A DNA stretch of 64,000 bases, taken from assembly GCA_029258885.1 (NCBI GenBank), contig JAPDJW010000001.1, forward strand, positions 96,001 to 160,000, written 5' to 3'. Numbering within the stretch: position 1 is the first letter of the stretch; every line of letters starts with the position of its first letter. This document shows, in pieces, positions 48,232-63,124 of the stretch. Source of the stretch: Thermoproteota archaeon. Its GTDB lineage: Archaea > Thermoproteota > Thermoprotei > Thermofilales > B9-G17. The translations under genes were made by a program, and so were the position numbers. Below the pieces are notes generated by a model. It saw nothing but the letters and a program-made list of their open reading frames with translations, had not been told where the DNA came from and did no database searches.

Positions 48232-49115
48232 TGGAGGTGTATATAATGGTGTATGTAAGGCAGAAGGCTATTCCTTCATGGAAGAAGGAGTGGGTAGCCG
48301 AATTTACAGAGTTAGTTAAGAAGTATAGGACTATAATGATAGTTGGAATAGAGGGAGTAAGTGCACCAGTATTGCATGAAATAAGGTCATTAATTAAGAG
48401 TAGGAATGGGGTACTTAAAGTAATAAAGAATACGTTATTTAGTAGAGTTATTGATAATGTAAAGGATAAATGTAAAAATATAGAGAAACTAAAGGAACAC
48501 CTGCGTGGATCCAATGCGTTAATTCTAACTAATGACAATCCATTTTCCTTAAAGCTTTTCCTGGATAAAAACAAGGTTCCAAGGGAGGCTAGAGCCGGAG
48601 ATATAGCACCAAAGAACATTGTAGTTTACTCCGGAAACACGAATATGGCCCCAGGACCGATACTCAGCCTTTTCAATAAACTTAACGTACCAACTTCGAT
48701 AAAAGAAGGCAGCATTTGGGTCACAAAAGACACGGTCGTAGTTAAAAAGGGAGAAGTTATATCTCAGGATGTAGCCGAGCTTCTAAGGAGGCTCGATATT
48801 AAACCTATAGAGGTAGGCTTAAACGTAAAAGTGGCCTATGTAGATGGAATAATTATTAATGCAGAAGATCTAGAGCTAGATCTTGAGGACTACAGGAGTA
48901 GAATAGCGGAGTCTGTCCGCAACGCTATAAACCTAGCAGTAAATGCAGCCTTTCCAACAAGTGAAAGTATCAAGGTGATAATAGGAAAGTGTTATAATGA
49001 AGCTATCAATTTATCAGTAAACGCCGTAATTCCATTGCCAGAAACACTAAGTATGATTATCACGAAAGCACAGGTCATAGCGAAGACCATAGCTGATAGG
49101 GCTGGACTAAAATAA
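48231..49115 (+). CDS. rpl10: 50S ribosomal protein L10 (P0), lacking the acidic C-terminal tail
   Basis: IPSWKKEWV, VIKNTL, ARAGDIAP, GNTNMAPGP, LLRRLDIKPIEVGL. Confidence 0.93.
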   Translation: MEVYIMVYVRQKAIPSWKKEWVAEFTELVKKYRTIMIVGIEGVSAPVLHEIRSLIKSRNGVLKVIKNTLFSRVIDNVKDKCKNIEKLKEHLRGSNALILTNDNPFSLKLFLDKNKVPREARAGDIAPKNIVVYSGNTNMAPGPILSLFNKLNVPTSIKEGSIWVTKDTVVVKKGEVISQDVAELLRRLDIKPIEVGLNVKVAYVDGIIINAEDLELDLEDYRSRIAESVRNAINLAVNAAFPTSESIKVIIGKCYNEAINLSVNAVIPLPETLSMIITKAQVIAKTIADRAGLK

Positions 49116-49170
49116 TTCTACAGTATAAACCTAAGATATTTTAATCCAGTTATCCTATCTAAATTTCTGT

Positions 49171-51222
49171 ATGAGAACAGATACCTACGCTGAGATTCTC
49201 AAGGTATTGGCAAATAAAATAAGGTTAGAAATTTTGCGTGCTCTATACCATAAGGGACAATTATCTTTTACTAATCTTGAGTCAGCGTTAGGTCTAAACG
49301 AGTCAGAGAGGGGCAAGTTTGCCTATCATTTAAACTTACTAAAGGAACATGGATTAGTTGAATATGATAATGTAAGAGCTGTCTATAGTCTTTCAAAGCT
49401 CGGCAAGATGCTTTTTAGTCATATACGGATAATAGAAGAGGAAGTACTAAAAAAACGGAAAGGCAAGTTGATTTTCCTGTATTCGGCAAAGGAAGATTCC
49501 TTGGAAAAGCTTACGAAAGAGACGTTATGTTATTATCTAACCAAGAATGTAGGCCTGCCCAAAAGCCTAGCTAATAAAATTTATATATACATACGTGAAA
49601 TGTTGGAAAAGCTAGCAGAGGATGAGGTTATCTCTGATGATCTGCTTGAAGATATAACGTATTTCTATCTATTAGATCAAAATTATATAGATATATACCT
49701 GGACAATTTGAAAATAGGATATCCTTTAAAATCGTTTACGGAGAAAGTCTCGGATACAAGCACTGTGAGCCTAACATGTTCGTTAGCTCGCGAATACATA
49801 TTTAATAGGCTAGTTACCGATAGATGCAAGGTTTGGATAGCAAAAAATATAATCTTCATAAACAAAATCTGTGATATTTTAAATTCTCCTATTTCTATAG
49901 ACTTTCCTTTAAATGCCTTCGCTTCTCTATGGAAAAATCATATTTTTATGAGAACATTCCTCAGCGAAATATTTAGAATTATAAAATCATATAAAATAAA
50001 TATATTCTTTTCGGATGTTGAAAGTATACTACCTCTAATGCCCAATGAAAGTAAAGAGTTGTTTTACAAGTTCTTGTTAATCACCAAATACCTGCTTGTA
50101 GACACAGATAACATTATTTCAGTAAACATGAATCTAAACCATGGCAAACTGGAATATATTTTGGAATTTCTAAAGAGTTTGAAGAGACAATATTATGGGG
50201 CTGACTTTGTAAGCAGATCTCATCACATTCTCATATACACTAAAGGCATAAGACCCATTATTGACAACAGGAAGTTAGGTCGCGTTACATATGATCTTGT
50301 CCAAGACCATTGGCCAGTCTTTTTCTCCGATGATGGAGATTGTTCGTTATTCTGTAGTGAGGGGAAAATAACTATTCATTCAGGCAGTGTTGCTGTCGTT
50401 CTTCCTACATTAACTTTACTTTCAAAGAATGATGAGACGATAATTGTTAGCTACTTAGAGGAGATCCTTGGTGATATCGTAGTTTTCTTTATTAACCATA
50501 ATAAATTGGTAAGAGAGAAATGGAAGGAAATGATAAAGAGTCTTGAAATCGATATTGCAGACATTAAATTTAGCTATTCTATCCCTATAGTTGGATCACA
50601 TGTATCATCTGTTATGATAAACCGTAGTTTTAATAAAAATTTTATAAGAAATATATATATTCAAGCCAGAAATATTTTAGAGGATGTTATAAGTAACCTA
50701 CCGATTCGTGAAGAAATAGATGTTAAAGTAACAGCAATTAACCAAGACTTGGACATTTTTAAGACTATAGAATTTAATATGTTAAGAATTTTATCGAAGA
50801 AATTGCCGTCACATAGCGAGATCCTAAGAAACTTTAATGTAACGGGATTTTTATCGCATGCTTTAAGAATTCCTGCCTCCGAAAGAATAAGAATGGAGGG
50901 ACAGTTACAGAATGAAACAAAGGTTCAAAGCCTCTTAAACATTCATATAAGTCATCCCTTTGTCCCATTCTCGGATTTTAAAAAGCTACTTAGTTTGATG
51001 TTAGAGGATAACGTAAGATTAGCTACGATAACACAGGACTACACAGTGTGTGAAGACTGTTTATCGAAGGAACAAGGCTTTCTAAGTATGTGTCCTAATT
51101 GTTCAAGCTATAGGCAAAGTCACTACGGGAAAGTATTATACCGATATATTCCCCTCAACAGCCTAAATTCATTGTCTAAGAAAGAATATATCTCGAGAAT
51201 CAGATACACCTATATCTCCTAG
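49171..51222 (+). CDS. ArsR-type wHTH + ATP-cone-like + degenerate class III ribonucleotide reductase (NrdD)-like fusion
   Basis: ILKVLANKIRLEILRAL...FAYHLNLLKEHGLV; C-terminal YTVCEDC...CPNCSS...HYGKVLYRYIPL...RIRY aligns with the NrdD end but lacks RxxGY. Confidence 0.65.
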   Translation: MRTDTYAEILKVLANKIRLEILRALYHKGQLSFTNLESALGLNESERGKFAYHLNLLKEHGLVEYDNVRAVYSLSKLGKMLFSHIRIIEEEVLKKRKGKLIFLYSAKEDSLEKLTKETLCYYLTKNVGLPKSLANKIYIYIREMLEKLAEDEVISDDLLEDITYFYLLDQNYIDIYLDNLKIGYPLKSFTEKVSDTSTVSLTCSLAREYIFNRLVTDRCKVWIAKNIIFINKICDILNSPISIDFPLNAFASLWKNHIFMRTFLSEIFRIIKSYKINIFFSDVESILPLMPNESKELFYKFLLITKYLLVDTDNIISVNMNLNHGKLEYILEFLKSLKRQYYGADFVSRSHHILIYTKGIRPIIDNRKLGRVTYDLVQDHWPVFFSDDGDCSLFCSEGKITIHSGSVAVVLPTLTLLSKNDETIIVSYLEEILGDIVVFFINHNKLVREKWKEMIKSLEIDIADIKFSYSIPIVGSHVSSVMINRSFNKNFIRNIYIQARNILEDVISNLPIREEIDVKVTAINQDLDIFKTIEFNMLRILSKKLPSHSEILRNFNVTGFLSHALRIPASERIRMEGQLQNETKVQSLLNIHISHPFVPFSDFKKLLSLMLEDNVRLATITQDYTVCEDCLSKEQGFLSMCPNCSSYRQSHYGKVLYRYIPLNSLNSLSKKEYISRIRYTYIS

Positions 51223-51226
51223 GTTA

Positions 51227-51805
51227 CTAGGTTATTTTCTTAAAGAAAAAGTAGTTGACCAAAGCTATACATTGGCTGGTTAGATACGATACTGGTCCAA
51301 GGCTAATTCTAGTGGCATTTACGTTATTAAGGAATCGTTCTTGTTCTACACATAAACCCTTTTGATCACCTAATATAAAAAGATAATTCACTTTCCTATT
51401 GAAATTAAATTCCTGTATTGGAGAACCGTCTTCAACTAAATATATAGGCTTAAATTCTCTTATCAAATTAGTAACTAATTTCCTAAAGTCTAGCTTATAT
51501 AGCTTAATTCCAGGAAACTTTCTACCTCTCATGGCATCAATGAGAATTTCACATAAATCTATCTCGCTCTCCGGTAATGATGATACTCTATTGCCGTCTA
51601 TCTCTATTACGAGGGGAGGAGAAGGAGGGCCTTCAAGTAAGGCGTAGAATTTTATCATACCTTTAAAACGGTTAGGCATAGAGAAGGCCGATAGAATGCT
51701 TCTGAGTATTAGGTCAAATCTACCACTAGTAGAAGCAATGGATCTTATATTGAAATCAGGGCTTGTATGCGCAGTAGATGATTTAACTAAATATGCTATT
51801 TTCAT
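51227..51805 (-). CDS. trmY: tRNA pseudouridine(54) N1-methyltransferase TrmY-like
   Basis: SGRFDLILRS, LEGPPSPP, YLVEDG, FILGDQKGL, SLGPVSYLTSQCI. Confidence 0.85.
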   Translation of the reverse strand: MKIAYLVKSSTAHTSPDFNIRSIASTSGRFDLILRSILSAFSMPNRFKGMIKFYALLEGPPSPPLVIEIDGNRVSSLPESEIDLCEILIDAMRGRKFPGIKLYKLDFRKLVTNLIREFKPIYLVEDGSPIQEFNFNRKVNYLFILGDQKGLCVEQERFLNNVNATRISLGPVSYLTSQCIALVNYFFFKKIT

Positions 51806-52092
51806 CTGCCCAAGGATATTCTTTTCTTCCTCTCTTCACGAGATCTAATTCTTATAACTCCCTGAAATATTGCACAATTGATACATAAGTACTTAGTTAC
51901 ATAGTAGCGTGGAATTATAGCTCCTTGTGCACGTAATTCTCTTTCAAGCTGAGGATCTATTAAGCTTAGCCTCCTAGTAACTCTGACCGCTTTAGATCTT
52001 GGTATCAGTGCTCCACATGCGTCACATTGAACTATACTCTCCTTTCCTTTACCACCTTTATGTCTTCCCCTATTTTTTCGCTTTTTAGGCAT
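51802..52092 (-). CDS. rps26e: 30S ribosomal protein S26e
   Basis: MPKKRKNRGRHKG, VQCDACG..IPRSKA, CINCAI. Confidence 0.96.
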   Translation of the reverse strand: MPKKRKNRGRHKGGKGKESIVQCDACGALIPRSKAVRVTRRLSLIDPQLERELRAQGAIIPRYYVTKYLCINCAIFQGVIRIRSREERKKRISLGR

Positions 52093-52114
52093 ACTAACAC
52101 CTCTTGAATTATTT

Positions 52115-52207
52115 GGGAGGGTTTTCACCGCCCGTTAACACTCACCTTCATAGCCCGACGCAATCGTCGGCCTCCGGGAGCTCTCTGCGAGCGGTATACA
52201 CCCTCCC
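52115..52207 (-). ncRNA. H/ACA-like K-turn hairpin RNA candidate upstream of rps26e
   Basis: GGGAGGG:CCCTCCC, ACCGCTCG:CGGGCGGT, pocket CAGAGA/GTTAA, GCTC:GAGT, K-turn GGAG/TATGA, CCGACG-ATTG-CGTCGG; TTTATAA about 30 nt upstream. Confidence 0.6.
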
Positions 52208-52565
52208 TTCTGTGAATCTTCTTATAAAATGGGAGTTATAAAGTTTGTCCCTTGGGCTCTCTTACTTAGGAGGGGCAAACTTTACATTCTTGTATTTATT
52301 CCGTACGATTGAGCGAAAATGAGTTTTTCCTACTAATCTCACTCTATTTTTCGTCGTGTCATTTTAGCGTTAATAATACGAAAGTTACTATGTCAAAGAG
52401 CTCCCAGTTTAAGTCATACTACGGACATAGGGGGCAGCTAATACATGTATTGTACTTACTGTATGGACTTAAAGTTAAAACCCGCTTAACTTTATATGTG
52501 AGTTATTCTATTTCTTCATGGCGTTGGGATGCTTATCAGACGATTTGAAAAATGGAGGTGATCGT

Positions 52566-53771
52566 GTGGGAGGATTATCTGCGTCTATGAAATATGTAAT
52601 ATATGCGGACGTTGAAATTGACGGCATAGTGGAGAAGCCAGATATAATAGGCGCTATATTTGGCCAGACAGAAGGGCTACTAGGCGAAGACCTAGATTTA
52701 AGAGAGTTGCAGAAGACAGGAAGAATAGGTAGGATACAGGTAAGGGTAAGCACAAAGGATAACAAAACTGTAGGTACATTAATGGTACCGTCAAACCTAG
52801 ATAGAGTTGAAACAGCGCTAATAGCTGCAGCCATAGAGAGTGTCGATAAGATAGGTCCCTATAGCGCTAAAGTCAAAGTTACAAAAATAGAGGATCTGAG
52901 AGCAAAAAAGAGAAAGTGGATAATTGAGCGAGCCAAGGAACTGCTACGTAAGTGGGAAGAGGAGGAAGCTCCCGAAAGTAAAAAGCTGGCTGAGGAGGTT
53001 CTTAAAGCTATTAGAGCCGCGGAAGTAATAAGTTTCGGGCCGGAAAAATTACCCGCAGGACCCGATGTCGCGTCAGCTAGCACAATAATCGTCGTGGAGG
53101 GAAGAGCCGACGTTATAAACCTGCTTAAGCATGGCTATAAGAATGTAATAGGCCTTGAAGGAGCGACGATACCGAAGACCATAGTAGATCTAAGCAAGAA
53201 GAAGACGGTCATAGCTTTTGTCGACGGAGATAGAGGAGGAGACTTAATTCTAAAGAATTTAATTAATGTTGCGGAGATAGATTTTATTGCTAGAGCACCA
53301 TCTGGAAGAGAGGTTGAAGAGCTTACTGGAAAGGAGATAGCTAAATGTCTGAGAAATAAGGTTCCAGTAGAAGAGTATCTGGAGGTTATCAGAAAAGAGA
53401 AGCCGACAAAAGTGCTTACAATAAGGGAAGAGAAAGAGCTAGGAGAGCTTGGTGTAGAAATTCCAGGTGGGGTAGTTGATAGGGCGTTGAATCTAGCTGG
53501 GACGTTGGAGGGATACTTTTATGATAGGGAGTGGAGGGAGATCACGAAATTTGCCGTCAGCGAGTTAGCTGAACTGATCCCCAAGTACGAGGAAATATAT
53601 GCAATAGTATTTGATGGAATAGTTACTCAGAGGGTACTTGACGAAGCTTCTAGACGCAATGTTAGGGTAATTATTGCAAATAGAATAGGAAAAGTAGCAA
53701 AACTTCCAGAAGATATCAAGATAGTAACGTTCAATGAACTACGGAAAACCTCAGGAAAAGAAGAGGGTTAA
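52566..53771 (+). CDS. dnaG: DnaG-like primase / exosome subunit
   Basis: GIVEKPDIIGAIFGQTEGLLG, LRELQKTGRIGRI, TOPRIM IVVEGRADV, FVDGDRGG. Confidence 0.96.
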   Translation: MGGLSASMKYVIYADVEIDGIVEKPDIIGAIFGQTEGLLGEDLDLRELQKTGRIGRIQVRVSTKDNKTVGTLMVPSNLDRVETALIAAAIESVDKIGPYSAKVKVTKIEDLRAKKRKWIIERAKELLRKWEEEEAPESKKLAEEVLKAIRAAEVISFGPEKLPAGPDVASASTIIVVEGRADVINLLKHGYKNVIGLEGATIPKTIVDLSKKKTVIAFVDGDRGGDLILKNLINVAEIDFIARAPSGREVEELTGKEIAKCLRNKVPVEEYLEVIRKEKPTKVLTIREEKELGELGVEIPGGVVDRALNLAGTLEGYFYDREWREITKFAVSELAELIPKYEEIYAIVFDGIVTQRVLDEASRRNVRVIIANRIGKVAKLPEDIKIVTFNELRKTSGKEEG

Positions 53772-53772
53772 T

Positions 53773-54534
53773 CTAAGGCTTCTTTGCCACTATTATAAAT
53801 CCCGTGTGTCCCACCATATGCATCTTCGGCCTTATAGCATACGGCTTTACTTCATAATACCTAACTATCCCATCCAAAAGTAGAATATCAATAAAATCGG
53901 AGGAATGAAGAATCTTTAGCATTTTCTCCACCTGATTATATGTTGGGACAAAACACGTTAAGGTGCCTCCGTGCTTTAAAGCCTTGTAAGCGTGGTCTAC
54001 TACCAACCAAGGTGACGCCATATCTAAGATCACCGAATCGACGTCATCTTCGTCTATACCTTCGGTTATGTCCTTATTCTTCAAAATAACCCACTTTTCC
54101 AATCCGGCTTTCTCTAAATTTTTCCTAGCTACATCAATGAACTCCTTACGGATCTCATAACTTATAACGAGTCCTGAAGGACGGACGAAGTTTGCTAACG
54201 TTGCCGTTAGAACGCCTGATCCAGTCCCGCTCTCAACTACCTTAGCTCCAGGGAATACGTTTGAATATATAAGTATTAGCCCTAGGTCTTTAGGATAAAT
54301 TACCTGTGTTTTTCTCTTAAATTTCATTAGAAAGTCCAGGAATGTAGGTCTTGCTATTTTAAATTTCTTACCTATATTAGTCAAGACCTCGGTACCGTAT
54401 TCTGATCCAATTACATCATCAAGTTTTATGTAACCTAATCGAGTATGTAAAATCTTCCCCTTTTTTACTTTAACAAGGAATTTATCTCGTTTGCTGCTAT
54501 ATAATAGTACATAATCACCGTCTTCAACCTTCAT
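53773..54534 (-). CDS. trmI: tRNA (adenine-58/57) N1-methyltransferase
   Basis: TQVIYPKD, VESGTGSGVLT, ILDMASPW, HTGFI. Confidence 0.94.
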   Translation of the reverse strand: MKVEDGDYVLLYSSKRDKFLVKVKKGKILHTRLGYIKLDDVIGSEYGTEVLTNIGKKFKIARPTFLDFLMKFKRKTQVIYPKDLGLILIYSNVFPGAKVVESGTGSGVLTATLANFVRPSGLVISYEIRKEFIDVARKNLEKAGLEKWVILKNKDITEGIDEDDVDSVILDMASPWLVVDHAYKALKHGGTLTCFVPTYNQVEKMLKILHSSDFIDILLLDGIVRYYEVKPYAIRPKMHMVGHTGFIIVAKKP

Positions 54535-54886
54535 TCTAATCCCTTCGTATATGCTAGACTTATAATAGGTAATGCAGTAGAGTATATTTTTCTTATCAGG
54601 AAGCATGTGATAGCATTTTTCTTTTTGCTAATTTCTGTTCTGCCTATTTATTCCTACTGCATCAAGGGAGGGCTACATAAATAATGAGGTAAATGGTACA
54701 TTCTCTAATGTCTTACGAAGATTTTTACAATATATTGAAACAGAAGACTTATATATAATGTTGTATGTCTTTAGATCAAAAAATTAAGTAATCGCATGTT
54801 TAAACCAGTTTATTCAGATGGTAATACTTATATATTGTTACTTTATCCTAAATTGGGATATTTGGTAGGGTTTAGGTGGTATAATC

Positions 54887-55132
54887 TTGGCTGGGAAAAA
54901 ATTTAGTGTTTTAAAGCATGTTCTCGTTCCGGAACATATACTGCTATCTAGAGAGGAAGCTAGGAGGATTCTTAAGAAAATGGGCATTAAACCGAGTCAA
55001 TTACCGTGGATGCTAGCGTCGGATCCCGTAGCTGTTGAACTTGGAGCCAAGCCTGGGGATATTGTCATGATCATCAGGGATAGCCCTACAGCTGGTAAGG
55101 CAATAGCCTTTAGGTTAGTTATTGCTGGGTGA
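54887..55132 (+). CDS. rpoH: RNA polymerase subunit Rpo5 (H)
   Basis: [32 protein letters not shown]. Confidence 0.96.
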   Translation: MAGKKFSVLKHVLVPEHILLSREEARRILKKMGIKPSQLPWMLASDPVAVELGAKPGDIVMIIRDSPTAGKAIAFRLVIAG

Positions 55133-55136
55133 GAAC

Positions 55137-58100
55137 ATGTTAACATCCGAGGATAGATGGAAGCTTGTTGAGGCATATATTAAGGAGAAAGGACTAGTAC
55201 GGCAGCATTTAGACTCTTATAATCATTTTATACAGCATGTTCTCCAGCAGATAATAGATGAGCAAGGCATTATAGAGACGGAGATTCCAGGCCTTTTCAT
55301 AAGGCTAGGTAAAATAGAGGTTGGTAAGCCTCAGGTTAAGGAAGCCGATGGATCGGTTTCAGAGATATTACCCATGGAGGCTAGGATAAGGAATCTTTCA
55401 TACTCAGCTCCCCTTTACCTAGAAATGACTCTTGTCGTAGATAATGAGGAGCAATCCACGGTATCGGTGTATATAGGGGATATGCCCATAATGGTAAAGT
55501 CGATATTGTGTCCACTATCCAAGATGAGTAAGGAGGAATTAATCAGAATAGGCGAAGATCCGGAGGATCCAGGCGGATACTTTATCATTAATGGTTCCGA
55601 AAGAGTTCTCGTAACTCAGGAAGACTTAGCCGTAAACAGAATTCTGGTAGATTATGGAAGTGCCGGATCCTCGGTAACTCATATGGCTAAAGTTTTTTCG
55701 GCCACAACCGCTTATAGAATACCAGTTGTGGTGGAGAGGCATAAGGACGGAATATTGTATGTTTCATTCCCAGCTATAGCTGGGAAAATCCCGTTAGTAG
55801 TAGTTATGAGGGCACTTGGCCTAGAGACAGATAAGCAGATAACTGAGGCCGTTTCTCTTGATCCGCAGATAATAAATGAGTTTATAACTTCTCTGCTACA
55901 ATGCCCGGTTAAAACTCAGGAAGAGGCCCTAGACTATATAGGTAATAGAGTTGCAATAGGTCAGGTGAGGAGCGTAAGGATGGAGAGGGCAAAGAGGATA
56001 CTAGATAATTATCTTCTGCCACATTTGGGAAATACTCCCGAATCTAGGAAGATAAAGGCCTACTTCTTAGGGCAAATGGCTGAGAAGCTTCTGGAGCTTG
56101 TTCTAGGTAGACGTAAACCCGATGATAAGGACCACTATGCAAACAAGAGGCTTAAATTGGCCGGAGATCTCATGGCCATGTTGTTTAGATCTGCATTAAA
56201 GCAGTTTGTGAAGGATGTTAGGTATCAGCTTGAAAGGATGAGGAGTAGAAATAGGGAAATAGATCTTATCACGCTAGTTAGAGCTGACATAATTACGGAT
56301 CGATTAAAACACGCCCTAGCTACTGGAAATTGGGTAGGTGGAAGAACAGGCGTTAGCCAGCTACTGGATAGAACAAATTATCTATCGACAATTAGCCACC
56401 TACGGCGTGTAGTATCGCCTTTAAGTAGGACTCAGCCACACTTCGAGGCTAGAGAGTTACATCCGACACAGTGGGGAAGACTGTGTCCCGTTGAAAGTCC
56501 GGAAGGACAGAACTGTGGTCTCGTTAAAAACCTTGCATTATTAACTACCCTTTCGATAGGTATTGATGAAGAGGAGATAGAGCTTCTATTATACAGGTTA
56601 GGCGTAATACCGATAGATGCCGCAAGAAGTGAAAATAGAACAGGAACAAAAGTAATCCTGAATGGTAGACTAATAGGTATTCACGAGGATCCAGAAACCC
56701 TTGTTAAGGAAATTAGAGAAATGCGAAGGGACGGAAGAATATCCCATGAGGTAAATATTGCTTGGTATAGAGATGAGTGTATCGATGAAATCTACGTTAA
56801 CTGTGATGCTGGAAGGGCTAGGAGACCATTAATAATAGTCAGGAACGGCGAGCCACTGCTGAAAAAGGAACATATAGAGAAACTTGAAAAGGGCGAATGG
56901 ACATGGAGTGATTTAATAAAGCATGGATTAATCGAGTACCTAGACGCTGAAGAGGAGGAGAACGCATTAATAGCCGTAAATCCAGAGGAGCTGACGCCAG
57001 AGCATACTCACCTTGAAATAGTCCCCTCAGCAATACTCGGAGCCATAGCTTCAATTATCCCATATGCTCAGCATAATCAATCACCGAGAAATACCTATGA
57101 GGCGGCAATGGCTAAGCAATCACTAGGCATACCTTTCCTCAACTTTAGGCAGAGAATGGATTCAAGAATGCATTTGCTTCACTATCCCCAGAGGCCTCTT
57201 GTTGAAACAAAGATTATGAGAATCATAGGGTTCGATAAGAGACCTGCTGGACAGAACTTTATCGTTGCCGTAATGGTTGGAGGCGGTTATAATATTGAGG
57301 ACGCTCTCATTATTAATAAGGCTTCAATAGAAAGAGGCCTGGCCAGATCAACCTTCTTTAGGGTTTATGAAGCTGAGGAAAGAAAGTATCCAGGCGGACA
57401 AGAGGATGAAATTAAAATCCCTGAACCCGACGTTGCCGGGTATAGATCTATGGAAGCATATGCACACCTCGGCGAAGACGGTATCGTGGAGCCTGAATCC
57501 GAAGTTAGAGGAGGAGAAGTCATTATAGGCCGTGTAAGCCCTCCAAGATTCTTCGAGTCCATTGAGGTAAGATCAACAACCAGTAAGAGAGACACTTCGG
57601 TAAGCCTAAGATACGGGGAGAAGGGAATAGTGGATAGGGTCGTAATAACTATAACCTCGGACAACAACAAGCTAGTAAAAGTTAAGGTTAGGGATCCGAG
57701 AATACCCGAAATAGGAGACAAGTTTGCCTCAAGACATGGACAGAAGGGAGTAATCGGGATGATAGTTCCACAGGAAGACATGCCATTCACCGAAAGCGGT
57801 ATCGTTCCTGATTTAATAATCAATCCACATGCTATTCCTTCAAGAATGACCGTAGGACAGCTCCTGGAGTCCTTAGCAGGAAAAGTCGCGGCACTAGAGG
57901 GCAGATTTGTTGACGCAACACCATTTGAAGGAGAAAGCGTGAAAAGCCTGAGAGAAGCTCTCCTTAGACTTGGCTTCAGAAGCGATGGGAAGGAGGTCAT
58001 GTATAATGGAATAACTGGAGAACGATTTGAAGTAGAGATATTTATCGGTATAGTCTATTATCAGAAATTACACCACATGGTAGCTGATAAGATGCATGCG

Positions 58101-58451
58101 AGAGCTAGGGGACCAGTACAGATACTTACAAGGCAACCTACAGAGGGTAGAGCTAGGGAAGGAGGGTTAAGATTTGGAGAGATGGAGAAGGATTGCCTCG
58201 TAGGCCATGGGGCTTCTCTTCTTCTAAGAGAAAGACTATTTGAAGAATCTGATAAAACAACCGTATGGGTATGCAGTAGATGTGGTTTCATAGGATATTT
58301 CGACTCGAGAAAGGGAAGGCCGGTATGTCCGGTATGTGAAGATAAAGGTGAACTATATCCTGTAGAGATATCTTATGCTTTTAAATTACTGCTACAAGAG
58401 CTTATGTCCCTGGGAATAGCGCCTAGATTAATATTGGGTGATCCTGTATAG
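55137..58451 (+). CDS. rpoB: RNA polymerase subunit Rpo2 (B), unsplit
   Basis: [48 protein letters not shown]. Confidence 0.98.
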   Translation: MLTSEDRWKLVEAYIKEKGLVRQHLDSYNHFIQHVLQQIIDEQGIIETEIPGLFIRLGKIEVGKPQVKEADGSVSEILPMEARIRNLSYSAPLYLEMTLVVDNEEQSTVSVYIGDMPIMVKSILCPLSKMSKEELIRIGEDPEDPGGYFIINGSERVLVTQEDLAVNRILVDYGSAGSSVTHMAKVFSATTAYRIPVVVERHKDGILYVSFPAIAGKIPLVVVMRALGLETDKQITEAVSLDPQIINEFITSLLQCPVKTQEEALDYIGNRVAIGQVRSVRMERAKRILDNYLLPHLGNTPESRKIKAYFLGQMAEKLLELVLGRRKPDDKDHYANKRLKLAGDLMAMLFRSALKQFVKDVRYQLERMRSRNREIDLITLVRADIITDRLKHALATGNWVGGRTGVSQLLDRTNYLSTISHLRRVVSPLSRTQPHFEARELHPTQWGRLCPVESPEGQNCGLVKNLALLTTLSIGIDEEEIELLLYRLGVIPIDAARSENRTGTKVILNGRLIGIHEDPETLVKEIREMRRDGRISHEVNIAWYRDECIDEIYVNCDAGRARRPLIIVRNGEPLLKKEHIEKLEKGEWTWSDLIKHGLIEYLDAEEEENALIAVNPEELTPEHTHLEIVPSAILGAIASIIPYAQHNQSPRNTYEAAMAKQSLGIPFLNFRQRMDSRMHLLHYPQRPLVETKIMRIIGFDKRPAGQNFIVAVMVGGGYNIEDALIINKASIERGLARSTFFRVYEAEERKYPGGQEDEIKIPEPDVAGYRSMEAYAHLGEDGIVEPESEVRGGEVIIGRVSPPRFFESIEVRSTTSKRDTSVSLRYGEKGIVDRVVITITSDNNKLVKVKVRDPRIPEIGDKFASRHGQKGVIGMIVPQEDMPFTESGIVPDLIINPHAIPSRMTVGQLLESLAGKVAALEGRFVDATPFEGESVKSLREALLRLGFRSDGKEVMYNGITGERFEVEIFIGIVYYQKLHHMVADKMHARARGPVQILTRQPTEGRAREGGLRFGEMEKDCLVGHGASLLLRERLFEESDKTTVWVCSRCGFIGYFDSRKGRPVCPVCEDKGELYPVEISYAFKLLLQELMSLGIAPRLILGDPV

Positions 58452-58461
58452 GGGTGAACAT

Positions 58462-62308
<3,847 letters not shown>

Positions 62309-62312
62309 TGAT

Positions 62313-62627
62313 ATGGTCGATTTAGTTAGAGAACTGAGAACCGCCATGAGAACAGGAAAAGTAGTTCTTGGAAGCAAGAGGACTCTAGCCTTAATAAAGC
62401 TGGGTAAAGCTAAACTTGTCATAATCGCAGATAACTGTCCACTAGACATACGCAGCGACATCGAATACTACTGCAAACTTGCTGATATTCCAATATATAT
62501 ATTTCCGGGAACGAGCTGGGATTTGGGGGCAATATGTGGAAAACCATTCATGGTAGCTTCACTCTGTATATTAGACCCAGGTGAAAGCGATGTTATGGCT
62601 CTAGTTGAGAAGGAAGAAGAGAAATAG
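62313..62627 (+). CDS. rpl30e: 50S ribosomal protein L30e
   Basis: TGKVVLGSKRTL, AKLVIIADNCP, LGAICGKPF. Confidence 0.96.
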   Translation: MVDLVRELRTAMRTGKVVLGSKRTLALIKLGKAKLVIIADNCPLDIRSDIEYYCKLADIPIYIFPGTSWDLGAICGKPFMVASLCILDPGESDVMALVEKEEEK

Positions 62628-62636
62628 GGTGATATT

Positions 62637-63068
62637 ATGCCCGTAAAGATAACCGAGGAGGAGATGAGGTATATTTCGCTTTTTGAAAGTCTAACGGGGG
62701 TTGTCGTTAAGGACTGTGTAATCGATAATAGTAGGGGGAGAATAATATTTCTAGTAAAGGAAGGACAGGTCGGAAAAGCTGTGGGAAAAAATGGTATAAA
62801 TATAAAGAGATTAAATAAATTGATTGGTAAAAGCATTGAAGTGGTAGAGTACGCGGAGACATTGGAGGATTTAATAAGGAAGTCGCTTTTTCCGGCAAAA
62901 ATTAGTAGCGTAAAACTAACTAAGACTTCGAATGGAAGGAAGGTCGTCATAGTTACAGTACCAGCAAGCGAGAAAGGCATAGCTATAGGCAAAGATGGAA
63001 AAAACATTTCGAGAGCAAGAATTTTAGCTAAGAGATACTTTGATGTGGACTGGGTAACCATCGTATAG
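62637..63068 (+). CDS. nusA: Archaeal NusA
   Basis: YISLFESLTG, GKAVGKNG, KGIAIGKDGKNI. Confidence 0.96.
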   Translation: MPVKITEEEMRYISLFESLTGVVVKDCVIDNSRGRIIFLVKEGQVGKAVGKNGINIKRLNKLIGKSIEVVEYAETLEDLIRKSLFPAKISSVKLTKTSNGRKVVIVTVPASEKGIAIGKDGKNISRARILAKRYFDVDWVTIV

Positions 63069-63124
63069 GAAAAATTTATAATAAGCCACATACTTAATCA
63101 CCTAGCATTTAATCAGGTGATAGT

